A stretch of 64,000 nt of DNA from Stegostoma tigrinum (lineage: Eukaryota): positions 10,237,148-10,301,147 of the forward strand of contig NC_081370.1 in the NCBI RefSeq assembly GCF_030684315.1, in the 5' to 3' direction. Made by a program: the position numbers and the translations under genes. The notes below the pieces were generated by a model that saw nothing but the letters and a program-made list of their open reading frames with translations, had not been told where the DNA came from and searched no databases. This document shows, piece after piece, positions 38,300 to 50,880 of the stretch (the first letter of the stretch is position 1; each line of letters starts with the position of its first letter).

Positions 38300-39170
38300 T
38301 TATAAGTTTGTCTTCTCAGACACTTATATTTAAATCTGCTTTCACCCCCTCATCAAAAAATTCAGGGCTGAATTATGAACTAGTGTCATTATATTATTTG
38401 TTGTCTCTGTAGTTTGTGCCTATTTTTCCAAAACTCTACTGATTATTTCCATTCAGGTTCCTCCCCTTCCCTCAGTACTTAAACAGCCGTTATCAGTGTC
38501 AAAAATTATGTTCTGTTCTTCTGTGACCACAGTAAACAATTTCTCCTCATACATTTCAATGACAGTCTTTGGCATTGTTCACCACATATCTCCTTTTCAT
38601 GACTCTCCATCATCATTTAGCAGGGTGGAACTGCCCTTAGCTGATTCCAATCGTAATTATCCACCTGTAGCCAGAAAACTTCTGTGGATGGCTATCTTCC
38701 TGCTCTGTAATATTGTCTCAATCAAGAGACCTACCCCTGGCCCTCTTTTATTTCTTATTTACATGCCAAATATCAGTGGCACCATCCGAAAGTATAACAA
38801 TAATCATGGCAACCAGTTGTATCTCACCAGCACCTCTCACAAATCCTCTATTTTCTTTGAATTGCCAGATTGTATGTTTGACATCCATTACTGGCAAAGG
38901 TTTGATTTATTTTAACTAACTGTTGGAAATTCAAAACTCATGTCTTTGGACTGTGCCATAATGTTAGTTCCTACCCACCAACTCTAACAAGCTGTCTGGA
39001 AATTATCTGAGGCAGAACCACACCACCTGCAACCTTGATCTTGTATTTGACATCCAGTTAACATTCCAACAACATATCCCCTTCATCCAGGCTACTTAGC
39101 TCTGCCTCTGCAACTTTGTCTGAATTGGCTCCTGTCTTGACCCTCCAGTTGCTGAAACTCTTGTCCATGC
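38300..39170 (+). mobile_element. L2-clade LINE RT relic
   Basis: PGPLLFLIYMPNISGTIRKY, resembling the L2 LGPLLFLIYMLPLG motif. Confidence 0.6.
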
Positions 39171-39403
39171 TCTTTAGTTGGTTCCTCAACATATTGGTCG
39201 AGGAAACCATCCCTCATACATTCTGGAAAATCCTCCTCCATCACATTGCTACCAGTTTGGTTGGCCTAATCAATACATAGATTGAAGTCACCCATAATAC
39301 CTGCTGTCCCCTTACTGCATGCATCCCTATTATCCTGTTTGTTACAGTCCACAACATTGCAACTACTGTTTGGTGGTCTGCACACAACCCCTTCTAACAT
39401 GTG

Positions 39404-39629
39404 ATAATGGGAACTGCAGATGCTGGAGAATCCAAGATAATAAAATGTGAGGCTGGATGAACACAGCAGGCCCAGCAGCATCTCAGGAGCACAAAAGCTG
39501 ACGTTTCGGGCCTAGACCCTTCATCAGAGAAGCTCTCTGACGAAGGGTCTAGGCCCGAAACGTCAGCTTTTGTGCTCCTGAGATGCTGCTGGGCCTGCTG
39601 TGTTCATCCAGCCTCACATTTTATTATCT
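39404..39629. mobile_element. Penelope-terminus fold-back mini-element
   Basis: 96-bp inverted arms 39435-39530 and 39534-39629. TSD CCTTCTAACATGTG at 39390-39403 and 39630-39643. Confidence 0.9.
39537..39564 (+). ncRNA. Minimal hammerhead ribozyme core (a mirror copy lies on the - strand at 39500-39527)
   Basis: CTGACGA-A-GGGTCTAGGCCC-GAAACGTC. Confidence 0.7.
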
Positions 39630-39719
39630 CCTTCTAACATGTGTTTCCCTTTGGTGTTCCACAGCTCCAACCATATCAATTCCGCATCGTCCAGGATAAT
39701 GGTTTCCCTTATCACATGG

Positions 39720-41390
39720 ACACTTTACAGATGGTCTCTTAGCCTGCCTTCTATTCTGCACCCGACGTAAATTTAAATTCAGCAGAAACTGCAGCCAGTA
39801 TTGTAACTTGTACAAAGTCTCCTCTCAGATTAGAGCCAATGTCCTGGGGGAGTGTTTGCTGGTGCTGCTGGGGAGCGTTTAAATTAATATGGCAAGGGGA
39901 TGGGAACCAATGCAGGAAGTTGGAGGGAGGCAAAGTGGGATCAGAAACAAAGGACATTAAGGTTGAAAAGTAAAAGTGGAAGGCAGAGAAACTGAAGACA
40001 AAAATCAAAAAGGGCACTCATTATCTCATAATTCTAAAAGACAATAATGTCAAAAAATGAGCCTGAAGGCCCTGTGTCTCAATGCAAGGAGCTTTTGTAA
40101 TAAGGTGGATGAATTAAGTGCACAAACAATTATTAATGGATATGATGTAATTGGGATCACAGAGACCTGGCACTGGGGTGGCCAAGGATGGGAACTCAAC
40201 ATCAATTTTAATTTTAAAATTTTTCAATTTTAGGAAAGGGTAAATGGAAAGGAAAGGGAGGTCAGGTAGCATTGCTGCCTATGAAAGAGATTAATACAAT
40301 AGTAAAGGAAAGCATTACCCTGGAAGATGTGGAATTGGTATGGATGGAGCAGTGGAACACCAGAGGGAAACACATGTTAGAAGGAGTTGTGTGCAGACCA
40401 CCAAACAGTGGCTACAATGTTGGGGACTGTATCAACAGGATAATAGAGATGCATGCAGTAAGGGTACAGCAGTTATTGTGGGTGACTTCAATCTATGTAT
40501 TGATTAGACCAACCAAACTGGTAGCAATGTGATGGAGGAGGATTTTCCAGAATGTATGAGGGATGGTTTCCTCGACCAATATGTTGAGGAACCAGCTAAA
40601 GAACACAGTATCCTAGACTGGGTATTTTTTGATGAAAGAGGATTAATTAGCAACCTTGTGGTGAGAGATCTTCAATACAGTAGAATTCTTCATTAAGATT
40701 GAGAGTGACATAATTGCATCTGAATCTAGGGTCCTGAACTTAAATAAATCTAATTTTGCTGGTATGAGGCATGCATTGGCTAGGATTAGCTGGCCATGGA
40801 TACTTAAGGGGTTGACAGTAGATATGCAATGGCAGACATTTAAAGAACACATGGATGAACTTCCACAATTGTACATCCCGGTCTGCCGTAAAACAGGGAC
40901 GGTGAAGGTTCACCAGATTGATTCCCAGGATGGCAGGTCTGACATTTGAAGAAAGACGGGATCAACTGGGTTGTGCTCACTGAAATTTAGAAAAATGAGG
41001 GAGGACCTCATAGAAATGCATAAAATCCTGATGGGACTGGACAGGCTATAGATGTGGGAAGAATGTTCCTGATGTTGGGCAAGTCCAGAACTAGAAGTTA
41101 CAGCCTAAGAATAAGAGGTAGGCCGTTCAGGACTGAGGTGAGAAAGAATTTGTTCACTCAGAGAGCTGTGAATCTGTGGAATTCTCTCCCACAGGAAGTT
41201 GTTGGGGTCAGTTTATTAGATATATTCAAGAGGGAGCTGGGCATGGCCCCTGCGGCTAAAGAAATCAATGGGTATGGGGAGAGAGTGGGAATGGGATACT
41301 GACATTGCATGATCAGCAATGATCATATTGAATGGTGGTGTGGGCTCAAAGGGTCCACACCTGCACTTATTTCCTATATATTTTCTATAT
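39720..41390 (+). mobile_element. Internally deleted CR1 (ORF1 end and endonuclease joined to the 3' end near 40900)
   Basis: CLNARS..NK..EL / GITETW endonuclease motifs, then SRTRSYSLRIRGRPFRTEVRKNLFTQR...NLWNSLP. Confidence 0.8.
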
Positions 41391-41877
41391 TTCAAAATTC
41401 ATAGACTTACTTTGGTTTATAAATGTGGAAAGTTTGTATCTTCCATTCTTGTTTTTTTTTACTCCTTTGACAGCCTATAGTTTGTTTTAACCCTTCAGTT
41501 CTTCCTTGACACTCCCTTCAATTTAGTACTTTTTTGAAGTTTAATTGCTGCACAACTGGCAGCTGGGTGGCCAGCTTTCAGATCCTAAGTTCTGAAATTT
41601 CCTAAATCTTTGCTTTTTTGCTTCTCTCTTTTTAAGATCTTTCTTAAAACCAAGACGTTGACTAGTTGTCATCTGTTCTGATAGCTCCTTTGTCACTTGG
41701 TATGAAATTTTATTTCATGATTTTCTTGGGAAGTGCCTTGAGTTGTTAAATAGGCCATGCTAAATAAACCAGAGAAGTGGCAATTTGCTACTAGAGTTCT
41801 GTTTTTACAGTTGGAATAATTTTGAGCAGAGGTTTGTAATCTCAATTCAATCTCTCTAAAATTTTATATTTGAATAG

Positions 41878-42019
41878 TATCTGCATTGGAGGTAAATGGG
41901 AATGCACAGGAGATGCAAAGTGCCCTTCAACCTGCATAATTAATGGAGAAGGACATGTTACCACATTCGATGGGAATCAATATGTGTTTGACGGCAGTTG
42001 TGAATATACTTTAGTTCAG
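41878..42019 (+). CDS. MUC6: Mucin-6-like exon 7 (E' end and start of VWD3)
   Basis: aatAG / GTAAAA. ICIGGKWECTGDAKCPSTCIINGEGHVTTFDGNQYVFDGSCEYTLVQ carries the VWD 'TFDG' signature. GEGHV is MUC6-like. Confidence 0.94.
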
Positions 42020-42128
42020 GTAAAAATCAAAAGTTTTTCTTTTATAAATAATTTATGTGTTCATGTATCTGACTGCATTTACTTTCATTCTTTGTATCTT
42101 AACCAATCTGCACAATTTGTTTGTTTAG

Positions 42129-42239
42129 GATGCTTGTTCTGTTGATTCCAGACAGCCATCATTCAAAATAGTCTCAGAAAATATTATTTGCGGTAAAACA
42201 GGAGTGGTCTGCACTAAGTCCATTAAGATCTACTTTCAG
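42129..42239 (+). CDS. MUC6: Mucin-6-like exon 8 (VWD3)
   Basis: tttAG / GTAACG. DACSVDSRQPSFKIVSENIICGKTGVVCTKSIKIYFQ, 37 codons, phase 0 to 0. Confidence 0.93.
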
Positions 42240-42852
42240 GTAACGAAGTTTAGCATTGCAGTATAATTTCAGTTATTTCAATTCGCACATTTATCTCAGT
42301 TGATTCAAGTGTAAACCCCTTTTCCATTAAATTGTTTTAATCTTACATGAGATGAAAATGTTGTTGGCAAAACCACCATTTAGTTTTCATCCCAAAATGA
42401 CCCTGTAAAGGTAACCAATTTCTTAAATAATTATTTATTTGTTGTACATGCTTTTCCTAGCAATGTTGATATTGTTCAAAACTGACTGAACACAACATTC
42501 TTCTTTATCTTTAGCCTTCAACTACTGCTACAACCATAATATTATACTGAAATGATACAAGTAAAAGAAAAGTTAATTATTGAATAGGATGTTGGAAATT
42601 AAGTGTTGGTGTACCCAAGGTTTAATCAAGGCTGAACGTAAAAGTAAAATTTTATTGATGATGGAAATCTGCCAAAAATAGAAAATTCAGAAATACTCAG
42701 CATGTCAGGTAGTATCTGTGGAGAAAGAGAAAGTCGTTGGTAACACGTGAAGTTGATGACCTTTCATCGGAATAATGAAATGTTGACTCTTTCTGTCTAT
42801 TATTGTTTTTACATTGTCATTTAATCTTTTTCTGTATTTTTTTTGGTATAAT

Positions 42853-43165
42853 GAGCACGGGGTGGCTCAGTGGTTAGCACTGCTGCCTCACGGTGCCAGG
42901 GACGGGTTCGATTATGGCACTGGTCGACTGTCTGTGTGGAGTTTGCACATTCTCCTCATGTCTGTGTGGGTTTCCTCCAGGTGTTCCTGTTTCCCCCCAA
43001 CAATCCATAGATGTGCAGTCTAGGCAGATTGGTCACATTAAATTGCCTGTTGTGTTCAGGGATGTGAAGAGTAGGTTGGTTGAAGGGGATGGGTCTGGGC
43101 CGGATGCTCAGAGGGTTGAAGTGGACTTGTTGGGCTGAAGGGCCTGTTTCCACACTGTAGGAATT
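42853..43165 (+). mobile_element. HE1-like V-SINE
   Basis: Same structure as 31833-32143. Confidence 0.85.
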
Positions 43166-43169
43166 TGAT

Positions 43170-44240
43170 GATGAATTTGGGCAAACTGGGCTGTGAGGAT
43201 TACAAGTGAGCATATGTACAACTTCAACAAATTGAAGTGACAAAGTCTTCAAGGACATAGCTGTCCAATTGCAAGAGCCAACACAAGGAACAAACCTACT
43301 TGACCTCACCTTCACTAACCTACCCATTCCTGTTGCAAATGCTCATGATACTATTAGCAGGAGTAACCAAGGCACAGTTCTAGTGGAGACAAATTTCCAT
43401 CTTAATTCTGAGGACACACTTCATCATGTATTCAGTTGCAGCTCCTCAGACAGGAAGCAAGTTACATCTGTATTCAGCAAGATTTGAATAATATTTAGCT
43501 TGGCCTGATAGTTAATATGTAACAGTCCAAACCCACAATGCCTGGCAAAGACTATCCAAAAAGGGGTAGTCAAACACCAACTAACTTTCAATGATAAAAT
43601 TACCAAATTCTCCAGTGCTAATCTCTTACAGTCAACTTCTAATGGGATTCTAGTTGGACAAGCCACAATTACCATGGCTACAAGAATAACTTTGAGGTGG
43701 AGATTTCTGTAGCGAGAAACTCCCAATGACTGCTAAACTAAAACATGTGCGCCATTTTCAGGACACTAATCAAGGATTTGTTGGATTACTCTATTGTTGC
43801 CTGAATGATTGAAGTTTCACTAACATGAAAGAAGCCCAGGACAAAACAATCTTGTTGACTGACACCTTTTCCACCACTTAAACATTTACTCCCTCCACCA
43901 TGTAGACACAGTGTATACTACATGCACACAACACTGCAGTAATTCACCGAGCATTTCTTGATAGTGCCTTCCAAAGCACAATCTGTACTATCTGCAAGGA
44001 TTTGAACAATCGCACACATAGGCACACCACCACCTGCCAGCTACACTTTAAGCTACACAGCAGCCTGACTTAGAGCTGTGTTGCTATCTTCATTGCCACT
44101 ATATCAAAATTGTAGAACCCCTGTTTAAACAGCCATCCTACACCACATGGACAGCAGCAATGTCACCGTCCAAATGGCAATTATGATTGGCAATAAATGT
44201 TTGCCTTGCTGAGACACTCACATACCAGGAATCAATAAAA
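43170..44240 (+). mobile_element. Degenerate L2/CR1-group LINE relic
   Basis: EPTQGTNLLDLTFTN endonuclease motif. The 3' tail GGCAATAAATG...GCC is shared with the SINE at 44297-44654. Confidence 0.55.
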
Positions 44241-44296
44241 GCCCAAACACACCTGCTGGAAGTACTTCTCCAAACCACATACCATCCTAACTTCTT

Positions 44297-44654
44297 TTTT
44301 TAACTTATTCATTTATGGGATGAGGGTGTCACTGGCTAGGCAGCATTTATTTCCCATCCCTAATTGCCCAGAGGGCAGTTAAGAGTCAACCACATTGCTG
44401 TGGGTCTAGAGTCACATGTAAGCTAGACCAGGTAAGGATGGCAGTTTTCTTTCCTAAAGGACATTAGTGAACCAGATGGGTTTTTCCCCAACAATCGACA
44501 ATGGATTCACAGTCATCATTAGACCCTTAATTCTAGATATTTAATTCAAATTCCAACAACTGCCATGGCAGGATTTGAACCCAGGTCCCCAGAACATTAT
44601 CTGGGTCTTTAGATTAACAGTCCAGTGATAATGACACTAGGCTATCGCCTCCCC
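44297..44654 (-). mobile_element. Second tRNA-derived SINE family with L2-like tail (older relatives near 7020-7265 and 26420-26558)
   Basis: Minus strand head ...TAGCCTAGTG...GGGTTCAAATCC; tail GGGCAATTAGGGATGGGAAATAAATGC followed by an A-run. Confidence 0.75.
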
Positions 44655-45937
44655 AATGAATTTGAAATTATATGACCAAAGTTTCATTGTTACTGGATCA
44701 AATTCCTGGAACTTTTCACTGAAGAGCACAATGAGCTGCCGCAATTCCAGGAAGCACAGGAATTGGAGTAGACCATTCAGCACCTCAAACCTGTTCCATC
44801 TTTCAGTGAGATGATAGCCAATCTGTGGTCTGACTTCATATATTTGCCTTTGGCCCATATTGCTTAATACATTTGCTTATCAAAAAATTATCTAACCAGT
44901 AATTAACAACTGATCTAGCATCCACTGCTGTTCATGGAAGAGAGTTTCAAATATCTACCATCCTTTATGTATAGATGCCCTTCCTAATATCTCTCCTGAA
45001 TGGTCTAGCCCTAAATCTCAGACTACACCCGCTAGTTCTGGAATCCCCAACCAGTGGAAATAGTTTGTCTTTATCTATCCTGTCTTTTCCTGCCAACATC
45101 TTGAAGATTTTAATCGGATTACCCCTAAAACTTCTTAATTCTAGAGAAAACAGCATAATTTATGCAATCTCTCCCTACAACTTAACCCCTGAAGTTCAGG
45201 TTTTATTCTTGTAAACCTACATTTGAGCTCCCTCTAAAACCAATATATCCTCCCCAAGGTGTGGTGCTCAGATCTTCTCACTGTAATCCAGGTGGGCCTT
45301 ACTGAAGTTTTGTATAACTTTAGCACTATTTCTGCATCCTCGTACTCCATTTCTCTCAATATAAAAGCTAGCATTGCATTAGCCACCTTGATTATTTTCT
45401 GCTACTGTTTGTGACATTTTAAAAATCAATGTACCTAAGATCTCAAGTGTCTTTGGGCATCCACTGTATTTAACTTTATACTCTCTAGGAAATACCTGAT
45501 CTATCTTTTTTTGGTCCAAAATGGATAACCTCTCACTTGCTTACACGGAACTCTATCTGTCAAAGTTTTGCCCGTTCACTTAGTCTGTCAATATCCCTTT
45601 GTAATTTAATGCAATCATCTACACTTTCTACCTAACTTTGTGTCATCAGCAAATTTGGATATATGACTTTCAGTGGCATTATTCAATTTGTTAATACATA
45701 ATGTGATTGATTGAGGCCCTAACCCAGATCCTTGTAGGTTGCACAAAATGAAATTGCTGGAAAAGCTCAGTAGATCTGGCAGCATTGGGTGGAGAGAAGT
45801 CAGAATTATTAGTTTGGTTCAAGGGACCCTTCCTCAGAACCTTGTGGGACACTGCTGGTCAGGTCCTGTCTATTTGAGTACCTACCCATTATCCCCACTT
45901 TCTGTTACCCGCTACTCAGCAAATTCCCCAGCCATTA

Positions 45938-46246
45938 GATGGCACGGTGGCTCAGTGGTTAGCACTTCTGCCTCACAGAATCAGGGGCCCGGCTTTGATT
46001 CCACCCTCGGGCAACTGTCTGTGTGGAGTTTGCACATTCTCCCCATGTCTGTGTGGGTTTCCTCTGGCTTTCCTCTCACAATCCAAAGATTTGCAGGTGA
46101 GGTGGCTTGGCTATGCTAAATTGCCCACAGTGTTTAGGGAAGTGTAAATTAGGGGGATGGGTCTGGGTGGGATGCTCTGAGTGTCAGTGTTGGCTTATTG
46201 GGTCAAAGAGCCTGTTTCCACACTGTAGGAAATCTATGATTCTATG
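45938..46246 (+). mobile_element. HE1-like V-SINE
   Basis: Same structure as 31833-32143. Confidence 0.85.
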
Positions 46247-46438
46247 TTGTCAGTAATTTGCCCTCAACTCCATGGGCTTCTACTGTATTTAATAGTGTTT
46301 AATATTGGACTTTATCAAAAGCCTTCTGGAAGTCTATATAAACGCACCCATAGACATTCCCCTGTCCCATTACTTCAGTCACCTGTTCAAAAAAATTTAG
46401 AGTTTTGTCAGGCATGACCTACCTGTCATGAATCCATG

Positions 46439-46533
46439 ATAATAAAATGTGAGGCTGGATGAACACAGCAGGCCCAGCAGCATCTCAGGAGCACAAAAGC
46501 TGATGTTTCAGGCCTAGACCCTTCATCAGAGAG
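46439..46533 (-). mobile_element. Single Penelope-terminus copy with hammerhead core
   Basis: Near-identical to 59761-59855. 16-bp TSD CTGTCA(T/A)GAATCCATG at 46423-46438 and 46534-46549. Confidence 0.87.
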
Positions 46534-48819
46534 CTGTCAAGAATCCATGCTGGCTCTCCCTGATTAACTGAAATGTTTCAAAGTGTCTTGTTAGCCTGTC
46601 CTTGATTACAGACTATTTCTCCACCACAGACACTTGACTAACTTGTATTTAATTCCCTGGTTTTCCTCTTTCATTCTTCTTTAAAAAAGATTGGTGTGCA
46701 ATTTTCAATCCAGAGGGATTCCCTGTATTCAAGGAACTCTGAAAGATTATAGTTAGGGCCTTTACAATGTGCTCCTGTATTTATTTTAACACCCTCGGAT
46801 GGGTTGAGATTTAGCCCTCTTTAATTCCATTAATTACCTTATATCCAGTGTTTTACTTACATTAATTTAATTTAGTCCATTCCCTGTACGCCGTAAGTTC
46901 AGTGGAAATAAAATTATGAATATGTCTGCCGTTTTCCCATGGTTATTGGTATATTCCCACAAACAGTTTTAAGTGAGCCAGCAGTGCTCTTGATAACCTG
47001 CTTTCCCTTTTTGACTTTGATATCCCTGAAAAATTTCCCTTTTGTAGCACTCATAAGCTGTTTTGTAACCCTTTGCTCGTCTTTGTATCTTCCCTCTTCA
47101 GCAGAATCTGAGTTTTTTTTTTGCGTTTTTGTAACCTCTTTCATTTAGTTTTATGCTGCTTAATTGTCTGTTTAATTCTCCATAGCTGTTTCTTTTCTGT
47201 GAAGTGGAGCTTTTCCCTCTCAAGAGTATGAGCTGGTTTTGTTTGTGTTAATGCTTCTTTAACCGTCCTCTACTGTTCTTCACGTGTTTAACTATAAGTA
47301 GATATATTGTTGACAGTCTCTGTCTCCGCTTATATTGCTGTAGGAAACTATCCCGGAAACACTCCAGAAGTTCACACACTTTCTGACAAACTCTTGATTG
47401 CCTCTCCCGGTCGATGTTAGACTTAAAATCCCCCATTGATACTTGTCTGGCTTTGCTGCACACTTGCCTAATTTCTCCATTTATACAATGTAACACTTGA
47501 GAACTGCTACTAGTAGGTCTGTACACAATATTCATTACAGTTTTAGATCCTCTACTGTTCCTGAGGACCATGAATATGGTCTCCACTGGATGTGTGACCC
47601 TCATTTAATCCCCCATTTAATATATTGCAATATATTCGTTTATCATCAATAAGATTACTCCACCTCCCCCGCCATTTTGCCTCTCCATTCTGTAAACCAT
47701 ATAACTTGGTATATTTAGTCCCCAGTCTCAGCCATCTTGCAGTCACACCTCAGTAATTGCTACTTTATGATTACCTCCAAATTGGATTTGTGCAGCTCAT
47801 TTAATTTAATCCTTACACTCCGCGCAGTTGTATATAGAATTCTTATTTGGGACATACAGTGTAACCTATCCCTCAGCACTGATATTTTATTCACCTGTTC
47901 AGTATTTCTCTTCTCAGTTTATTCTATACACTTATAGTTTGTGCTGTACCTCAAAGTAGGATTCCTACCTGATTTTTACTGTCTGATTTTGAAACTGTAT
48001 AGGCTTCTGCCTGAGCACTTACCCTCGATTTGCTAGTTTAAAATCATTGTGACTGCATGATTTAGCCTTTTAACTGGGATGTTGATCCCAGATTGGTTCA
48101 GGTAGAACCCATTCTGTTGGTACAGTTCCTAGATGTTCCAATACTGCTGCCAGTGTCCCACAAAATGGAACCCTTCTTTCCTGCACCACTCCTTAGCTTA
48201 CATTTTTACTTCCCTACTTTTCATATTTCTGTGTCAGTTTGCATATGGTTTGGGTAACACCAGAGATTATAACCCTTGAGGTCCTGTTCTTTAGTTTCCT
48301 AATTTCTGACATTCCCAAAACAGGAACTCTTGCCTATGTTATTGGTCACGTGGACCACAACAACTGGATTGTACCCCTCTTACTCTAATATCCTTTCACA
48401 AATAAATCAACACTGACACTGCATTCTATGAATGAGTGTAAACAAAATATGTTTTGGCTTAAAAATAGTTAAAATTCGGAAAAAGGATAAAATATTTTAA
48501 AAGCAAATAACAATTGATCTGCATTTGATTACTTGCAGTACAGATTGAATCTAGTCTGACACTCTTTAGTTCAGCAATCCCAGTGGCTTGGCACTCACAG
48601 TACCTCAGTTTTCCCTATGGTGTTATATAGTGACTCAGTGATGATTGTTCATCTTATTTTTTTATTACTCTTTACGCAGTTTGCATGTAACCTTATTAAG
48701 TAACATCAGATACCAATCCTAAATATCACTTAAACTGCTTTTGACTTGGTTCACTTGGATACTGGAACTTCCAGTTTCAAAAGCACTGTACGGAGATTTA
48801 CCTACCAAGGAGGGGAAGC

Positions 48820-49280
48820 TTTGGGTGGTGGGGGAAATGGTCTACAGGGGCATTAAATACCTGGAAAGTTAAACCCAATGTTAGGGAGTCACGCATTTAA
48901 GATATACATGGGAGGATTGTTTTTTTCTCTCAGAGGTAGTGCACCTATAGAATTCTTTACAGCAGAGGGCTGTCAAGGCTGTGATAGACAGATTTTTAAT
49001 CAACAATGATGCGGAGGTGCCAGTGTTGGATGGTGGGGGGTGGGGGAGTGGGGGTGTGGGTGGGGAGATGGACAAGGTCAGAAGTCACATGACACCAGGT
49101 TATAGTCCAACAGGTTTATTTGAAATCACAATTTGAAATACTTTAATCAGTAAGATATCAAGGGCTATGGGAATTAAATAAACAAGTGGAGTTCAAGATC
49201 ATCAGATCAGCCATGCTGCCACTGAATGACGGAGCAGACTTGAGGAGCTGAATAACCTACTCTGTTCCTACATTTTATGG
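48820..49280 (+). mobile_element. CR1 3' end fragment interrupted by another short repeat
   Basis: CR1-type ORF2 end (TCTCAGAGG...AATTCTTTAC.GCAGAGGGCTG) and 3' UTR. Confidence 0.6.
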
Positions 49281-50450
49281 AAACCTCCACACTGTAAAAC
49301 TCAATACTTGCAGCCATGCCTATGTCAAAGTGTACTCTTACTGCTTGACTGGTGATTTCCAACTTTTTTGAAATCAGTTTACCTATCCCTAACTTCACTT
49401 TCCTCAATCTGCATTTCCTGACTCTCAGCCTTTTTTGTGGCATAGGAACAGTTTATGCAACTCTAACTTCCATTGCTGATGAGAAACCATATGAAATTAA
49501 ACTCCAAAATCAATTGTGTTAAAAGCCATGGGAGCAATTGTATTAACAGTAGGATTAATTGCCTTCTCCTCAACAACATGTAGCTGTTCCACAGACAGGG
49601 GGGATGAACGCCAATTGACTTTGCAATAGTCGTAACCCTGAATACAGGCAAAGACTCACATCTATCGATATCTTTGAGTATCAGTATTGTTCTGGTAATG
49701 AAGCACAATATTGGAGTCAGTATGTACACACTTTAATAGGTTTTTGTTTACAGAGATAAATGTGACAAACCTGCACATCCCAACTCAATCCTGACAATTT
49801 CAATTTGTCCTATCTTCAATTTCTGTTCAAAAAAAGACTTGCTTATCTGGGCAATCTTATTCTCATACTGTAATGATCACTGCGTTTACAAAATTAAACA
49901 CAGTTAACATACATTGACAGTCATTGTCCCATGAGGCTCAGTTTTTCACAGCACGTTGCTACTGCTATCTACATTCTTCTAGATCAGGGCCTTTACCCCA
50001 GAGGATCAGAAGGGTAGATATTGTCTGTAGCTATCAAGGTAGCTAACATTAGAGACTTCCTATTTCCTTGGTTCTCTACCTTTCCTTGAAGTTTTGCACT
50101 TTCCCATCTTTTAAGGGGAGAGAATATAGAATTATTAGTGTGAGAAATGGACTGAGCGCACTGAAGGAATGACAATATTTGTGGAGAATAAATCAATATG
50201 AGATGTCATAAATGTGATGGTGTGAATGCAAGTTTTGGTTGTTCCATTAAGGACATGAAGGAGATGGATTAATGGATGTGCATGAATTTAAATTCGATGA
50301 ATTAATAAGCAAACTTTTATCAGAACAGTTTATTGTTTTACTGAAAGATAATCAAGCTGAAATATTAACAGTTTCTCTCACCACAGATATTGTTTGACGT
50401 GAGTAGTTCAAAAAATTCTTATTTCAGAATCCCATCTTAATCAGAGCTTT

Positions 50451-50580
50451 GAGATAGCAGGAACTGCGGATGCTGGAGAATTTGATCTAACAATGTGTAG
50501 AGCTAGATGAACACAGCAGGCCAAGCAGCATTAGAGGAGCAGGAAAGCTGATGTTTTGGGTCTGGACCCTTCTTCAGAAA
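50451..50580 (-). mobile_element. Single Penelope-terminus copy
   Basis: Family body; minus strand CTGAAGAAGGGTCCAGACCCAAAACATC. Flanked by CAGAGCTTTG on both sides. Confidence 0.8.
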
Positions 50581-50694
50581 AAATCAGCAGAGCTTTGCTT
50601 TTGTACTGATGGAAAGTTAGTTTATTTAATATGATAAATTCCATCCATCACTAGCTTCACAATAATCAATGTGCATGCTCTCTTTTTCTTTCAG

Positions 50695-50880
50695 GATACT
50701 CTAATTAAGCTGACTAATGGGCACTATCAAATAACACCTCCAAATGCAGCAAGAGGACTCAAAGTCATTAATAATCCACTGTATTTAAAATTTGATTTAA
50801 AAATCAGTTCAAAACTTGAGCTAACTATTATATGGAACAAGAACATGAATGCTTACATCTCAATTACTAGACTGTCAGAG
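50695..50880 (+). CDS. MUC6: Mucin-6-like exon 9 (VWD3)
   Basis: Long pyrimidine tract + cAG / GTAACT. DTLIKLTNGHYQITPP...KLELTIIWNKNMNAYISITRLSE, resembling MUC6 NLTLIWNRHMTILIRIARASQ. 62 codons. Confidence 0.9.

Larger units (their letters stand above)
44750..48400 (-). mobile_element. CR1 LINE, degenerate, with nested SINE and Penelope termini
   Basis: LFSLELRSFRG..I.IFKML.GKDRID...SRTSGCSL; SKFADDTK near 45630-45660; endonuclease peptides at 47250-47750. Confidence 0.82.

Noticed and set aside
39404-39629. Fold-back elements as DNA-transposon MITEs
   Set aside because: The arms are unequal, TSD length varies (12-16 bp), single-arm copies exist, and the sequence matches the terminus of a GIY-YIG retroelement.
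49010-49135. G-rich tract as a functional G-quadruplex
   Set aside because: It lies within a short interspersed-repeat fragment inside a CR1 relic, with no independent support for function.
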